Source: Sumerlaeia bacterium (GTDB taxonomy: Bacteria; Sumerlaeota; Sumerlaeia; SLMS01; JAHLLQ01). From it: DNA of 64,000 nucleotides. Made by a program: the position numbers and the translations under genes. The notes under the pieces were generated by a model. The model searched no databases. It was not told where the DNA came from and saw only the letters and a program-made list of their open reading frames with translations. Location: contig JAVJSW010000016.1 of NCBI GenBank assembly GCA_040219255.1, forward strand, positions 1 to 64,000. The letters are read 5' to 3'. Below, piece after piece: positions 1 through 7,970 of the stretch. Each line of letters opens with the position of its first letter. Position 1 is the first letter of the stretch.

Positions 1-139
1 TTCGTCGGGACCGGCCTTTGCCTCGGGCTTCCTTCAGACCCCGCCTCGCGGCGACGCCCTTGCCTCCGGCTACTTGTTCCGGTCGTTACGGCCAAGAGAG
101 GACTCTCACCTCCAAGAAGTCGCGCCATGCGTGGCGCAC
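1..139 (-). mobile_element. Group IIC intron, 5' end (domain I); continues beyond the left edge of the window
   Basis: Minus strand from 139 reads GTGCGCCACGCATGGCGCG...GGTGAGAGTCC...GTAGCCGGAGGCAAGGGCGTCGCCGCGAGGCGGGGTCTGAAGGAAGCCCGAGGCAAA. This has the GUGYG 5' boundary and the characteristic IIC domain I motifs, and lies directly after a terminator hairpin. Confidence 0.88.
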
Positions 140-171
140 AATGAAAGCAGCCCCCGCCGGGGCGGGGGCCG
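140..171 (-). terminator. Intrinsic terminator-like hairpin, the group IIC intron target
   Basis: Minus strand CGGCCCCCGC-CCCG-GCGGGGGCTG (10-bp stem with one G-U), then CTTTCATT, then the intron GTGCG. Confidence 0.75.
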
Positions 172-265
172 AGCTCCTCCTACGCATGGCAGGTGAGTTG
201 CTTATAGGCTCCGCATGTTCGACGCCTCGCGCAAGAGAAATCAGCAGGACCAAGGTCAGAAGAGG

Positions 266-775
266 ATGAAGTTGCCCCAGGAAATGCCCAACACGAACAC
301 CGAAATGCAGCATGAAGCCTTCTGGGTGGTCAGGTTCGCCCCTTTTCGCACGCCCTGGAAGGAGGTGGTGAAGCGCGGGATTTTCACGCCCAGGGGGATC
401 AAGTCGGCTGAGGCTCGGAAGCACCTCCTGGCGATGCGAAAGGGAGACCCTGTGTTCTTCTATGAGACCCACGACACGAAGGCCGTGGTTGGCTGCATGG
501 AGGTCTCCAAAGAGGCCTATCCCGATCCCACCATCGCCGAAGGAGCATGGGTTACCTGTGACTTCATCCCCGTCAGGTCACTCAGGCGTCCCGTAGGGTT
601 GTCCCAGATCAAGGACGACCCGCTGCTGCGAGACACCGCCCTCGTCAAGCAGCCGAGGCTCTCGGTGGTTCATCTGGGACGACCGGCCTTTCAAGCTATC
701 GAGCGTCTCGGCTCGGACAAGAGTGCGGCTGGTATGAATACTCGGGAGGAGTCACGTAATGAGGAGGCGACATGA
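266..775 (+). CDS. EVE domain (PUA-like) protein, divergent
   Basis: AMRKGDPVFFY..KAVVGCMEVSKEAYPDPT..WVTCDFIPVRSLRRPVGLSQIK..LVKQPRLSV matches the EVE pattern. Start uncertain (266, 284 or 305). Confidence 0.85.
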   Translation: MKLPQEMPNTNTEMQHEAFWVVRFAPFRTPWKEVVKRGIFTPRGIKSAEARKHLLAMRKGDPVFFYETHDTKAVVGCMEVSKEAYPDPTIAEGAWVTCDFIPVRSLRRPVGLSQIKDDPLLRDTALVKQPRLSVVHLGRPAFQAIERLGSDKSAAGMNTREESRNEEAT

Positions 776-1623
776 ATGATCCGATCAACATCAACGTTGG
801 TTTAGGTCCCGCCACCCTGGACCTCAATGCGCTGCGTCGCTGGTTCAAGGAAGCCCCTGTCCGCACCGTCGCATATCGGTTCCTGAAGGTCTTCAACGAC
901 TATGGGGTCAAGAATACGCAAATCCAGCGACTGGTGCCCGAGATCACCCTGGACCGTGTCAGCAGCCCAGAGGCCCTCCTACCAGCGCTGACGAATGACG
1001 TATTGACCAGGACGGCCCAGCCCCTTGGGATTGAGCGTGCGTGGCTGGATGGCGTCCAGGAGCGCATGTACCGCCCTCGCGGCAGCTACCAGCATGCTGC
1101 GGCCTTCTTCGAGGTCGTAAAGGGCCTGGAAAGGCCATTCGTGTGGCATCCTCTGCGGGCCTACTGCCTGGACCCGAAGCTCGACTTCCGGAAGGGGCGT
1201 CCGCAGCCCCTCGTGCTGACCTTCGCCGAGAAGATCTGCGACTGGGACGACGATGGGGAACTGGTCCGCTTCATCCCCTTCACCGAGGAGTGGGACTGGG
1301 GCTACCCGAAGAGCCGCCTCCAGTTGAAGGCCACCGTCCTCGCCTGCCATGACTACCTGGGCATCGCGGTCGTTCCCCTCTACCAGGTCGACAGGAAGAC
1401 CCTGAAGGACCTCTCCGAGGGCGAAGCCGTGCCACCTGACGTCCCCTGGAGCAGGGATGTTTCTCTGGAGGACTACGTCTTCTCACCAGACGAAAGCCAC
1501 GTCTCCAAGGAGGCCGAGGAACTGGAAGCCGTGTTCTCCTGGATGAAGAGCATGAAGATGGAGGAACTGGCGAAGAGTGCAGCAGCCAACCAGGAGCGAC
1601 TCAACGAGGAGTTTGAACCATGA
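772..1623 (+). CDS. Hypothetical protein with a possible degenerate XRE/HTH-like N-terminus
   Basis: 283-aa ORF with GAGGAGG RBS and ATGA overlaps at both ends. 'TAQPLGIERAWLDG' resembles the final XRE helix motif. Confidence 0.75.
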   Translation: MNDPININVGLGPATLDLNALRRWFKEAPVRTVAYRFLKVFNDYGVKNTQIQRLVPEITLDRVSSPEALLPALTNDVLTRTAQPLGIERAWLDGVQERMYRPRGSYQHAAAFFEVVKGLERPFVWHPLRAYCLDPKLDFRKGRPQPLVLTFAEKICDWDDDGELVRFIPFTEEWDWGYPKSRLQLKATVLACHDYLGIAVVPLYQVDRKTLKDLSEGEAVPPDVPWSRDVSLEDYVFSPDESHVSKEAEELEAVFSWMKSMKMEELAKSAAANQERLNEEFEP

Positions 1624-2630
1624 TCTGGACTGAATCCGGCGGCCATTACCTGCCCTGGGCCTACGACAAGGAAGTCGAACTGGAATCCGCGATCACCCAG
1701 GTCGCCCCCCAGCTCTTCGGGAGGGCCAGGATCTACCTGGAAGTGAAGAAGCTGATCGGCGCGAAAGGCAAGACGCGCAACATCCCCGATGGCTACCTGC
1801 TCGATTTTACGAGTCCGAAACGACCAGTCCTGTATCTGGTGGAGGTTGAGCTGGCGAAGCATGACCCGCTCCGGCACATTGCTCAGCAGCTTCTGGAGTT
1901 CTCGCTGTCGTTCAAGAGCACCCCGCAGAAGATGAAGGGTTTCCTGAGGGACACGATCCAGCAGGACCCACAGGTGCTCAAGACCTGTGAGGAATACGCG
2001 ATCAAGAATGGCTTCAACAATATCGACTACCTGCTGGAACGGATGATCTACGAGGAGGACGCCTTCAACACCCTGCTGATCATCGATGAACTCGACGAGG
2101 AGCTGGAGAGTATCGTCAGGAGTTCCTTGGCGTTTCCGGTGGAGACGCTGACCCTCCAAAGGTTCCGAACAGAGGATGGGCAGGTCGCGTACTCCTTCGA
2201 CCCGTTCCTGTATGATCTGAGCATCCAGGCCTCAACGACGGGCATGGATGAAGGGAATCAGCCGTCTGTGGATCCCGCTGACATCGACACAATCGTTGTG
2301 CCCGCCCGGAAGGAGGGATTCGAGGAGGTCTTCCTCGGGGAGGACATGTGGAGGGCAGTGAGGATCCACTCCAGCATGATCCCGAAGATCAAGTACATCG
2401 CGTCCTACCAGGTTGCACCTATCTCCGCCATCACGCACATCGCGCCTGTAGCGCGGATTGAGCCCTGGAAGGACACTGGGAAGTACGCCCTGATCTTCTT
2501 GGAACCGGCTCAGAAGGTTGGCCCCTTGAAGTTGGTCCAGCGAGGTAAGGTAAGCGCTCCCCAGGCAAGCCGCTACACCTCGCGTGAACGAATCATAAAT
2601 GCGAAGAGCCTGGATGATGTCTTTGGATGA
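1620..2630 (+). CDS. PD-(D/E)xK-like endonuclease with a C-terminal putative PUA/EVE-like domain
   Basis: E-x-ELE...IPDGYLLD...LYLVEVEL...H..QL is a nuclease-like motif set. The C-terminal DTIVVPA..GF..VFLGE..W..VRI..KYIASYQVAPISAITH module is one I recognise from nuclease fusions. Confidence 0.75.
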   Translation: MIWTESGGHYLPWAYDKEVELESAITQVAPQLFGRARIYLEVKKLIGAKGKTRNIPDGYLLDFTSPKRPVLYLVEVELAKHDPLRHIAQQLLEFSLSFKSTPQKMKGFLRDTIQQDPQVLKTCEEYAIKNGFNNIDYLLERMIYEEDAFNTLLIIDELDEELESIVRSSLAFPVETLTLQRFRTEDGQVAYSFDPFLYDLSIQASTTGMDEGNQPSVDPADIDTIVVPARKEGFEEVFLGEDMWRAVRIHSSMIPKIKYIASYQVAPISAITHIAPVARIEPWKDTGKYALIFLEPAQKVGPLKLVQRGKVSAPQASRYTSRERIINAKSLDDVFG

Positions 2631-2647
2631 TTACTCCGCAATGAAGC

Positions 2648-2992
2648 TCAGGGGAGGTGGCGATGTTCTGGGCATCGAGTGCCACGAGTGCCAGGCGAAA
2701 TGACCAGGGACTCGCCCTCGGCTCCGCAGATCTCGCAGATGCGCTCAGAACGACGCATGGCTTCTTCCCGTATGGCGCGTCCTACGGGGGCAGATTGGTC
2801 CTCGAAGTACACGCGCATGGTGCCCAGCTTCTGCTTCGTGCAGGTGATGAGAGGGGCCCCATCACGGCGGCAACGATCCAGCATCTCCGCGAACAAGCCC
2901 GTCCAACCGGTTAGGAACTCCACCCCCGACCACCGCGGGTGGAAGAGGTCTGCGTTTTCCCGTATCAGGATTCCAAGCTCTTCGGTAGGCAT
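2648..2992 (-). CDS. Phage/MGE-type hypothetical protein with a C-terminal CxxC...CxxH zinc-binding motif
   Basis: GW..L....KQKLGTMRVY...S.RICEICG..G...TRCPEH resembles a common phage hypothetical family (KEKFGxLRxY). Confidence 0.7.
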   Translation of the reverse strand: MPTEELGILIRENADLFHPRWSGVEFLTGWTGLFAEMLDRCRRDGAPLITCTKQKLGTMRVYFEDQSAPVGRAIREEAMRRSERICEICGAEGESLVISPGTRGTRCPEHRHLP

Positions 2993-2995
2993 GGT

Positions 2996-3340
2996 TCAAT
3001 CCAGGTCGAGTGAGCAACGGGAGGACGTGCAGTTCTGATCGAACCAACCGGCGGGCATGACGGCGGCGGCAACGTATGGGTGCCGAGGCTCGATGACTTC
3101 CGCCCCTGGTTCCCACACCTCAACAACTTGACCGCTGAGTGAGATGAGCGCGACCTCAACGTTCGGGGGTAGGACCGCGGGGTCAAGATGGTGGACGTCG
3201 GGCCAGTGCCAGAAAAGGAGGGCTCCACACTCCTCGGTCACGCTCAACTTGCCCATGACTTCCACAATGAGCGTGCCGGGGTAGCTGATGACGTTTGTCC
3301 AGGCACCGCCGAGCATTATCTCATGGGATTTTGCGTACAT
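2996..3340 (-). CDS. Hypothetical protein
   Basis: 114-aa ORF whose ATG overlaps the recombinase stop (TGATG) and which ends 3 bp before the next start. Confidence 0.5.
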   Translation of the reverse strand: MYAKSHEIMLGGAWTNVISYPGTLIVEVMGKLSVTEECGALLFWHWPDVHHLDPAVLPPNVEVALISLSGQVVEVWEPGAEVIEPRHPYVAAAVMPAGWFDQNCTSSRCSLDLD

Positions 3341-4320
3341 CAGAGTTGGATCCTCTTGGCGGCGTTCTCGCTGAAAACCGTCCCTGCCTGTATGTACGTG
3401 CGCAGTATGCGGAGACTTCGGTGGCCTGTGCTTCTGGCGATTTCACGTTCGGATGCCCCGGCCTTCGCCGCTGAAGTGCAAAATCCCGAGCGCAGGGAGT
3501 GCCCAGAAAGCAGCTCTGGATCCAGGCCCGCCTGCATCGCCCTTTCCTTGATCAGGCAGGCCACCGCGTTTCCACTGAGCCCGCGACCAGTTGGCCGTCC
3601 TCCTCGATAAAGGGACTGAAAGACAGGTCCCTCGGAGCTGCCTGCTGTCTGAAGCCAAGCCGTCAGCGCAAGGACTGGACACGTTTCGGCCCGGTTGCCC
3701 ACCGGCACGCCGACTTCCCTTCCCTCGGAATCCTGGTCGGTCTTCGACTTTCTGATCCTGATCCTGAGTCCCTCGTCTTCAATTTGGATGTCGTCGCGTT
3801 CCAGGGCGACCAGTTCAGACCGGCGAAACCCGCCGAGGAATCCAACCAGAAGAAGTGCCCGATCTCGCCTACCTTTGGGGCTGGCGTCACAGGTCGCAAC
3901 CAGTCCTCGCAGCTCCGCGACCGAGATGGCCTTCTTTCGAGAAGGAGCGCAGCCCCGGACTCGACGGATACCTTTGAGAACCTCTCGAACCGCAGCATCC
4001 TTGGTGGGCGACCCATGACCAGCGAGCTGATGGGCCTGGGAAATCGTCGCCAGACGCCGTTCGATCGTGCTCACCCGCAGGCCATGGTCTGCGAGGCTTG
4101 TGATGTACAGAGCGACGGTTTCTGAAGATGCCGGAATCGCCCCCCTCGATCGCTCCATGCACCAGGACTCGAAGTCTCTCCAGTCAGCCTTGTAAGCTCT
4201 CCTGGTGTTGGCGGCTCGGGACTCTCCGGCGTACTGCTGGGCACGCTGAACGACCGTGACGGTTGCGCCATCAGCGTGAGCGACAACTGGCAGGCATTCG
4301 TCGAGGGAGTGCTTCTCCAT
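3340..4320 (-). CDS. Cre-like site-specific tyrosine recombinase
   Basis: N-terminal ANTRRAYKADW; catalytic GFRRSEL (R), KSKTDQ (K), SGHSLRSG (HxxR), TGHRS and Y; AAGGAG RBS. Confidence 0.95.
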   Translation of the reverse strand: MEKHSLDECLPVVAHADGATVTVVQRAQQYAGESRAANTRRAYKADWRDFESWCMERSRGAIPASSETVALYITSLADHGLRVSTIERRLATISQAHQLAGHGSPTKDAAVREVLKGIRRVRGCAPSRKKAISVAELRGLVATCDASPKGRRDRALLLVGFLGGFRRSELVALERDDIQIEDEGLRIRIRKSKTDQDSEGREVGVPVGNRAETCPVLALTAWLQTAGSSEGPVFQSLYRGGRPTGRGLSGNAVACLIKERAMQAGLDPELLSGHSLRSGFCTSAAKAGASEREIARSTGHRSLRILRTYIQAGTVFSENAAKRIQL

Positions 4321-4339
4321 GGTCGAGGGCTCCTTTTAC

Positions 4340-4364
4340 CGGTGATAAGGTTCCATTATCACAG
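4340..4364. promoter_or_regulatory. Palindromic recombinase core-type site GTGATAA-N7-TTATCAC
   Basis: Perfect 7-bp inverted repeat (4342-4348 / 4356-4362) around an asymmetric 7-bp spacer GGTTCCA, ~20 bp upstream of the tyrosine recombinase start. Confidence 0.65.
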
Positions 4365-4368
4365 CCTA

Positions 4369-4395
4369 AATTACTCATCTAATTACTCGCCTTCT
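4369..4395 (-). repeat. Repeat copy A (GAGTAAT-N5-GAGTAAT), inverted relative to 6371-6395
   Basis: Reverse complement AGAAGGCGAGTAATTAGATGAGTAATT aligns to 6371-6395 AGAAGG--AGTAATCAGATGAATAATC; the core is 17/19 identical. Confidence 0.7.
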
Positions 4396-6358
4396 TGCGG
4401 GGCGTCTTCGCTTTCTTGGCCGACTTTTTCCTCGGCTTCTTCTTGGGCTCCGGTTCCAGTTGGAACCACCCAGGTTTGACCGAGGGACCATCTACCATTC
4501 CGACTGCATCAAGGTCTTCCAGCTCGTCGAACTGCCCAGGTTCCATATGCCGGTACTTGCGCGGGACGCGAGGCAGAGGCCAACCCATGACCTGCTCCTG
4601 CCATTCGGCGGCAGGAGGATACCCTGTGACCCTAAAGTGCTCACCGCCGTTCAGGTAGATGGTGCAGACCGGATACCGCGGGACACCCTTTGAGGGCCCC
4701 GGAAGCCTTACCAGTCGACCATCGTCGCAGTACATCAGAGGGATGGGCTTTACGCCCACTTCCACGCGGTGAAGAACCCGATGGATGGCGACACGGAGCT
4801 GTTCCCGAGACGCTTCATCCTGAGCCAACAGAGCATCTTGAGAGGCTTGGAATCTGACCAGCTCCGCCTGGGGGGAGTTCTCTTGCTGGAGATCCGAGAT
4901 CTCGGCCTCGACCGATCTGATCCTCCCTCGCAAGTCCGCCAGCTCTGCCTCTGCCTGGGAGAGTTCCCCCTGGAGGCGGTCGTACTTGTCATCGTCCTTT
5001 TCCTTGAGAAGCCTCCGCTTTCCGAGGGCTATGTCGTCGTCGAGTTCGGTCCGTCGGGAAGTGAGCCTGTCGAGTTGCTCTTCGAGGGGCCTCGTATCGG
5101 GCCGTTCTGGTGCCAGGTCCTGCGCGTCGATTTCTCGAAAGAGGTAGAAGAGCACCAAGCCCTCGACCAGTGCTTGCTGGGGCATGAAGTGGTTGTCGCA
5201 TGCCTGCCCAGGTGTCTTGAGTCCCGTGATCTGCGCTTTTCGGGAGTACTGGTGACACCTGTAGCGGCGGTATTGGTACTTGTCGGTAGGCCCCTCGCCG
5301 ACCAGGTGCATCGCCCCTTTGCACCGTGAGCAAAAGATCTTGCCGTCGAATAGGTTGGGCGTCTCCCTTATCTGCCTACCCCCTCCCGTCTTTCTGAACT
5401 TGTCGCTGAGGCTCTGTAGCTTCAGCCACTCGCCCCTCTTCATCAGCGGAGGGTAGTATCCTGCCACGGGGGGTGGGGTCTTTCCATTCACCGGGCGATC
5501 AAAACGATACTCGCCGTAGAGCGCCGGGTGGGTGAGAATCCACTTCACTGAAGAGTCGCTCCAGGCGGTGCACGGCCTGCCATTGTAGACGGCTTGAAAG
5601 GGCTTGCGTCCCAGCTTATTCAATTCCCGAGCGATTCGGGTGTAGCCGTACACAGGTTTCGGTGGCTCTCGCCGTCGATCCGCCTTCCTCAGGGCGATAA
5701 TCTCCTTCACGATCTTTGCCCGCTCGGGGTGCAGGACATACTTCCCTGGTACGATGATGCGTTCGTTCCGCTTCTTCTGCCCCTGGACCTTCAACCAACC
5801 GGGGCACCTGGAGCTGATGGGGACCCTGGCCTGAATCTGGGCAACCTTTAGCTTCCAGTTGGTGAACCCCATCCTCGACTTCTCTGCGGACTGGAAGTGG
5901 GCGAGTTCGATGTCGCGTCGCATCTGGTCAAGGACCCTGTTGCTCGGATCCCTTACCTTGTATTGGTCTACCTCGATCTCTTCCCGGTAGAGTATGACGA
6001 GAATGATCCCTGCATCCAATACTTCTCGTACGGTCTGCTCAGCGTCGTACGGGTTTTCGCGTGTCAGCCGGTTGATGGCCTCGATGACAAGGAATGACCC
6101 GGATGGAATCCTCCCCGACTTCACATCGAAGAGAAATCTCCCCAACTCCCCACGCTTGTTCGAGCCATCGAAGCCAGGCTTCTTTCGGTCGATGAACTCT
6201 TCGACCAGTCGTACACCCTTCCGTGCCGCCCAGTCCCTGGCCTTCTCGATTTGCCTGTCTTCCGAAGATCCAACCTCCTGCTTGCCGGAGCTGTACCGGG
6301 TGTAGCTGTAAGCTACCCGCCCATCAGTTGGAGCCTTGCTTGTCTTGGATGATGCCAT
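4379..6358 (-). CDS. Large serine recombinase (integrase)
   Basis: AYSYTRYSSGKQ catalytic serine motif, EAINRLTR, recombinase domain, zinc ribbon CSRC...YRC...C, coiled coil, Lys-rich tail. Confidence 0.93.
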   Translation of the reverse strand: MASSKTSKAPTDGRVAYSYTRYSSGKQEVGSSEDRQIEKARDWAARKGVRLVEEFIDRKKPGFDGSNKRGELGRFLFDVKSGRIPSGSFLVIEAINRLTRENPYDAEQTVREVLDAGIILVILYREEIEVDQYKVRDPSNRVLDQMRRDIELAHFQSAEKSRMGFTNWKLKVAQIQARVPISSRCPGWLKVQGQKKRNERIIVPGKYVLHPERAKIVKEIIALRKADRRREPPKPVYGYTRIARELNKLGRKPFQAVYNGRPCTAWSDSSVKWILTHPALYGEYRFDRPVNGKTPPPVAGYYPPLMKRGEWLKLQSLSDKFRKTGGGRQIRETPNLFDGKIFCSRCKGAMHLVGEGPTDKYQYRRYRCHQYSRKAQITGLKTPGQACDNHFMPQQALVEGLVLFYLFREIDAQDLAPERPDTRPLEEQLDRLTSRRTELDDDIALGKRRLLKEKDDDKYDRLQGELSQAEAELADLRGRIRSVEAEISDLQQENSPQAELVRFQASQDALLAQDEASREQLRVAIHRVLHRVEVGVKPIPLMYCDDGRLVRLPGPSKGVPRYPVCTIYLNGGEHFRVTGYPPAAEWQEQVMGWPLPRVPRKYRHMEPGQFDELEDLDAVGMVDGPSVKPGWFQLEPEPKKKPRKKSAKKAKTPRKKASN

Positions 6359-6370
6359 GGCTGATTCACC

Positions 6371-6395
6371 AGAAGGAGTAATCAGATGAATAATC
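6371..6395 (+). repeat. Repeat copy B, upstream of the serine recombinase
   Basis: AGAAGGAGTAATCAGATGAATAATC, an inverted match to 4369-4395. Confidence 0.7.
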
Positions 6396-6416
6396 TATTC
6401 CGACTACTGTGTAAAG

Positions 6417-6779
6417 CCAAAAGATGACACGCCGGGCTGCACCAAGGAATCCTGCGGCTTCACCAACCTGAAGCCGGAGTTCGAGAAGCTCGGCGCGGTC
6501 GTCATGAGCGTGTCGATTATGGACTCGGCGTCGAAAGCTAAGTTCGCCAAGAAGCATGGCCTCAGCCACGTTCTGCTCTCCGACGAAGACAACGTGGTCG
6601 CCGAGAAGTATGGGGTCTGGAAGGAGAAGTCCATGTACGGCAAGAAGTTCATGGGCGTGAACCGCGAGACGTTCGTGATCGGACCGGACGGAATTATCGC
6701 CATGCACTGGCCAAAGGCCAAAGGCAGCGAGGAGCACCCGGCCGAAGTGTTGGGGTGGCTCAAGGAGCATGCGGGATAG
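6417..6779 (+). pseudogene. bcp: 5'-truncated BCP/PrxQ peroxiredoxin
   Basis: In frame from 6417: PKDDTPGCTKESCGF...YGVWKEKSMYGKKFMGVNRETFVIGPDG. The preceding YFY and the whole N-terminus are absent, and there is an in-frame TGA at 6387. Confidence 0.85.
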
Positions 6780-6812
6780 ATTCCCAGGGGCGGAGTATGG
6801 GACGGCGCTGGC

Positions 6813-7334
6813 TCAGGCGGCAGGCTGGGCCTGGCGCTTCTTCACATACCGCTCGAAAGCCCACCCCGCGGTGTAATAGGCCAGAATGCCGAAAATCGAT
6901 CCCAGCAGGAGCAAGCCGACCCACATGTTGACGAGGAGAAACTGAGGGGTGGATTCGTTGATCGCCGCTTGCCAGATCTCTTCCGTTTCGTCGGGAACGC
7001 GGACGGGAAGGAAGTATCCGGTGACCCAGCTGCCCAGCCGATAGGAAGCCGGGTAAATCAGCGGCATCGTGAGCGGATTGGAAACGAAGACTCCCAGAGC
7101 GGTCGCGACGCGGGAAGCCCCCATCAGGGAGGCGATGAGCAAGCCGGGAATCAATTGAAGCCCGGGGGGAGCGGCGAACGCGAGAAAGATCCCGAGGGCG
7201 GCGCCCTGGGAAATTTCTCTCGTGGTGGCCTTCTGCGTTCGCACGAGTCTCCAGATGGCTTCGGCCTTTCTCCGTGTAAACCGGACGCAATGGAGGATCT
7301 GCCGTTGAAGGAAATTCGGGTGATAGGTTTTCAC
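6813..7334 (-). CDS. DUF2062 domain membrane protein
   Basis: EISQGAALGIFLAFAAPPGLQ...VFVSNPLTMPLIY...YRLG pattern. Confidence 0.85.
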   Translation of the reverse strand: MKTYHPNFLQRQILHCVRFTRRKAEAIWRLVRTQKATTREISQGAALGIFLAFAAPPGLQLIPGLLIASLMGASRVATALGVFVSNPLTMPLIYPASYRLGSWVTGYFLPVRVPDETEEIWQAAINESTPQFLLVNMWVGLLLLGSIFGILAYYTAGWAFERYVKKRQAQPAA

Positions 7335-7593
7335 GGGGAGGACCTCGGTTCAGTCACGGAATTCGTCGCGCAACGGACGACAAGGGCCCAGCGCTCTGTC
7401 CTCCTGTCCGGCTATTCTGATCGGCCTCGGCGAATCGTCGAAGCCGCTTCGCACCATCCCGGCCGGGCCGGAAAAGACCGGGCGGTTGTGAGCAGAATCG
7501 CCGCATACGCCGGGGACCATGTCAAAGGCAACACGCTCTCTGGCGAGCGGTTCCATCTCGCTGGGGCCCGCGGTGAGTTCCAACGCTTTTCCC

Positions 7594-7627
7594 TTGCACT
7601 TACTTGGCGAATTGGCCAACTATGCAA
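7594..7627. promoter_or_regulatory. Putative ArsR operator
   Basis: Imperfect palindrome TTGCA..TTGGC-GAATTG-GCCAA..TGCAA just upstream of arsR. Confidence 0.55.
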
Positions 7628-7652
7628 TAGAAGCTTGCGAGAGGAGCGCCAC

Positions 7653-7970
7653 ATGTCCGACATCACGCCCAAGACCGAAGCCCGTGCCGGGATTCTGAAG
7701 GCCATGGCCCATCCCGCCCGGCTCTTCATGATGGAGGAACTGGCGAAGGGCGAGCGCTGCGTGTGTGAACTGCGCGAGATGGTGGGCACCGACCTGTCGA
7801 CGGTGTCGAAGCACCTCTCCGTCTTGCGGAACGCCGGACTGGTGGAGATCGACAAGCGCGGGCCGCAGATTTTCTACAGTCTGACGACGCCGTGCATCCT
7901 CAAGTTTGTGGACTGCATCGACGCGGTGGTGCGATCAAACGCCGAGAAGCAGATGGAACTGGTGAATTGA
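7653..7970 (+). CDS. arsR: ArsR/SmtB family transcriptional repressor
   Basis: KAMAHPARL..ERCVCEL..STVSKHLSVLRNAGLV; GAGGAG RBS before the ATG at 7653. Confidence 0.92.
   Translation: MSDITPKTEARAGILKAMAHPARLFMMEELAKGERCVCELREMVGTDLSTVSKHLSVLRNAGLVEIDKRGPQIFYSLTTPCILKFVDCIDAVVRSNAEKQMELVN

Larger units (their letters stand above)
1..6416. mobile_element. Right end of an integrative element / genomic island inserted in bcp
   Basis: Two recombinase genes, defence-like and phage-like cargo, codon usage that looks different by eye, and an abrupt junction with a 5'-truncated bcp at ~6415. Confidence 0.75.

Noticed and set aside
140-2640. Integron cassette array (IIC-attC intron target)
   Set aside because: The hairpin lacks attC RYYYAAC/GTTRRRY ends, the genes overlap with no room for attC sites, and the tyrosine recombinase is Cre-like rather than IntI.
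6969-7652. Long N-terminal extension on the first ArsR
   Set aside because: It overlaps the DUF2062 gene in antisense; the RBS and homology support a start at 7653.
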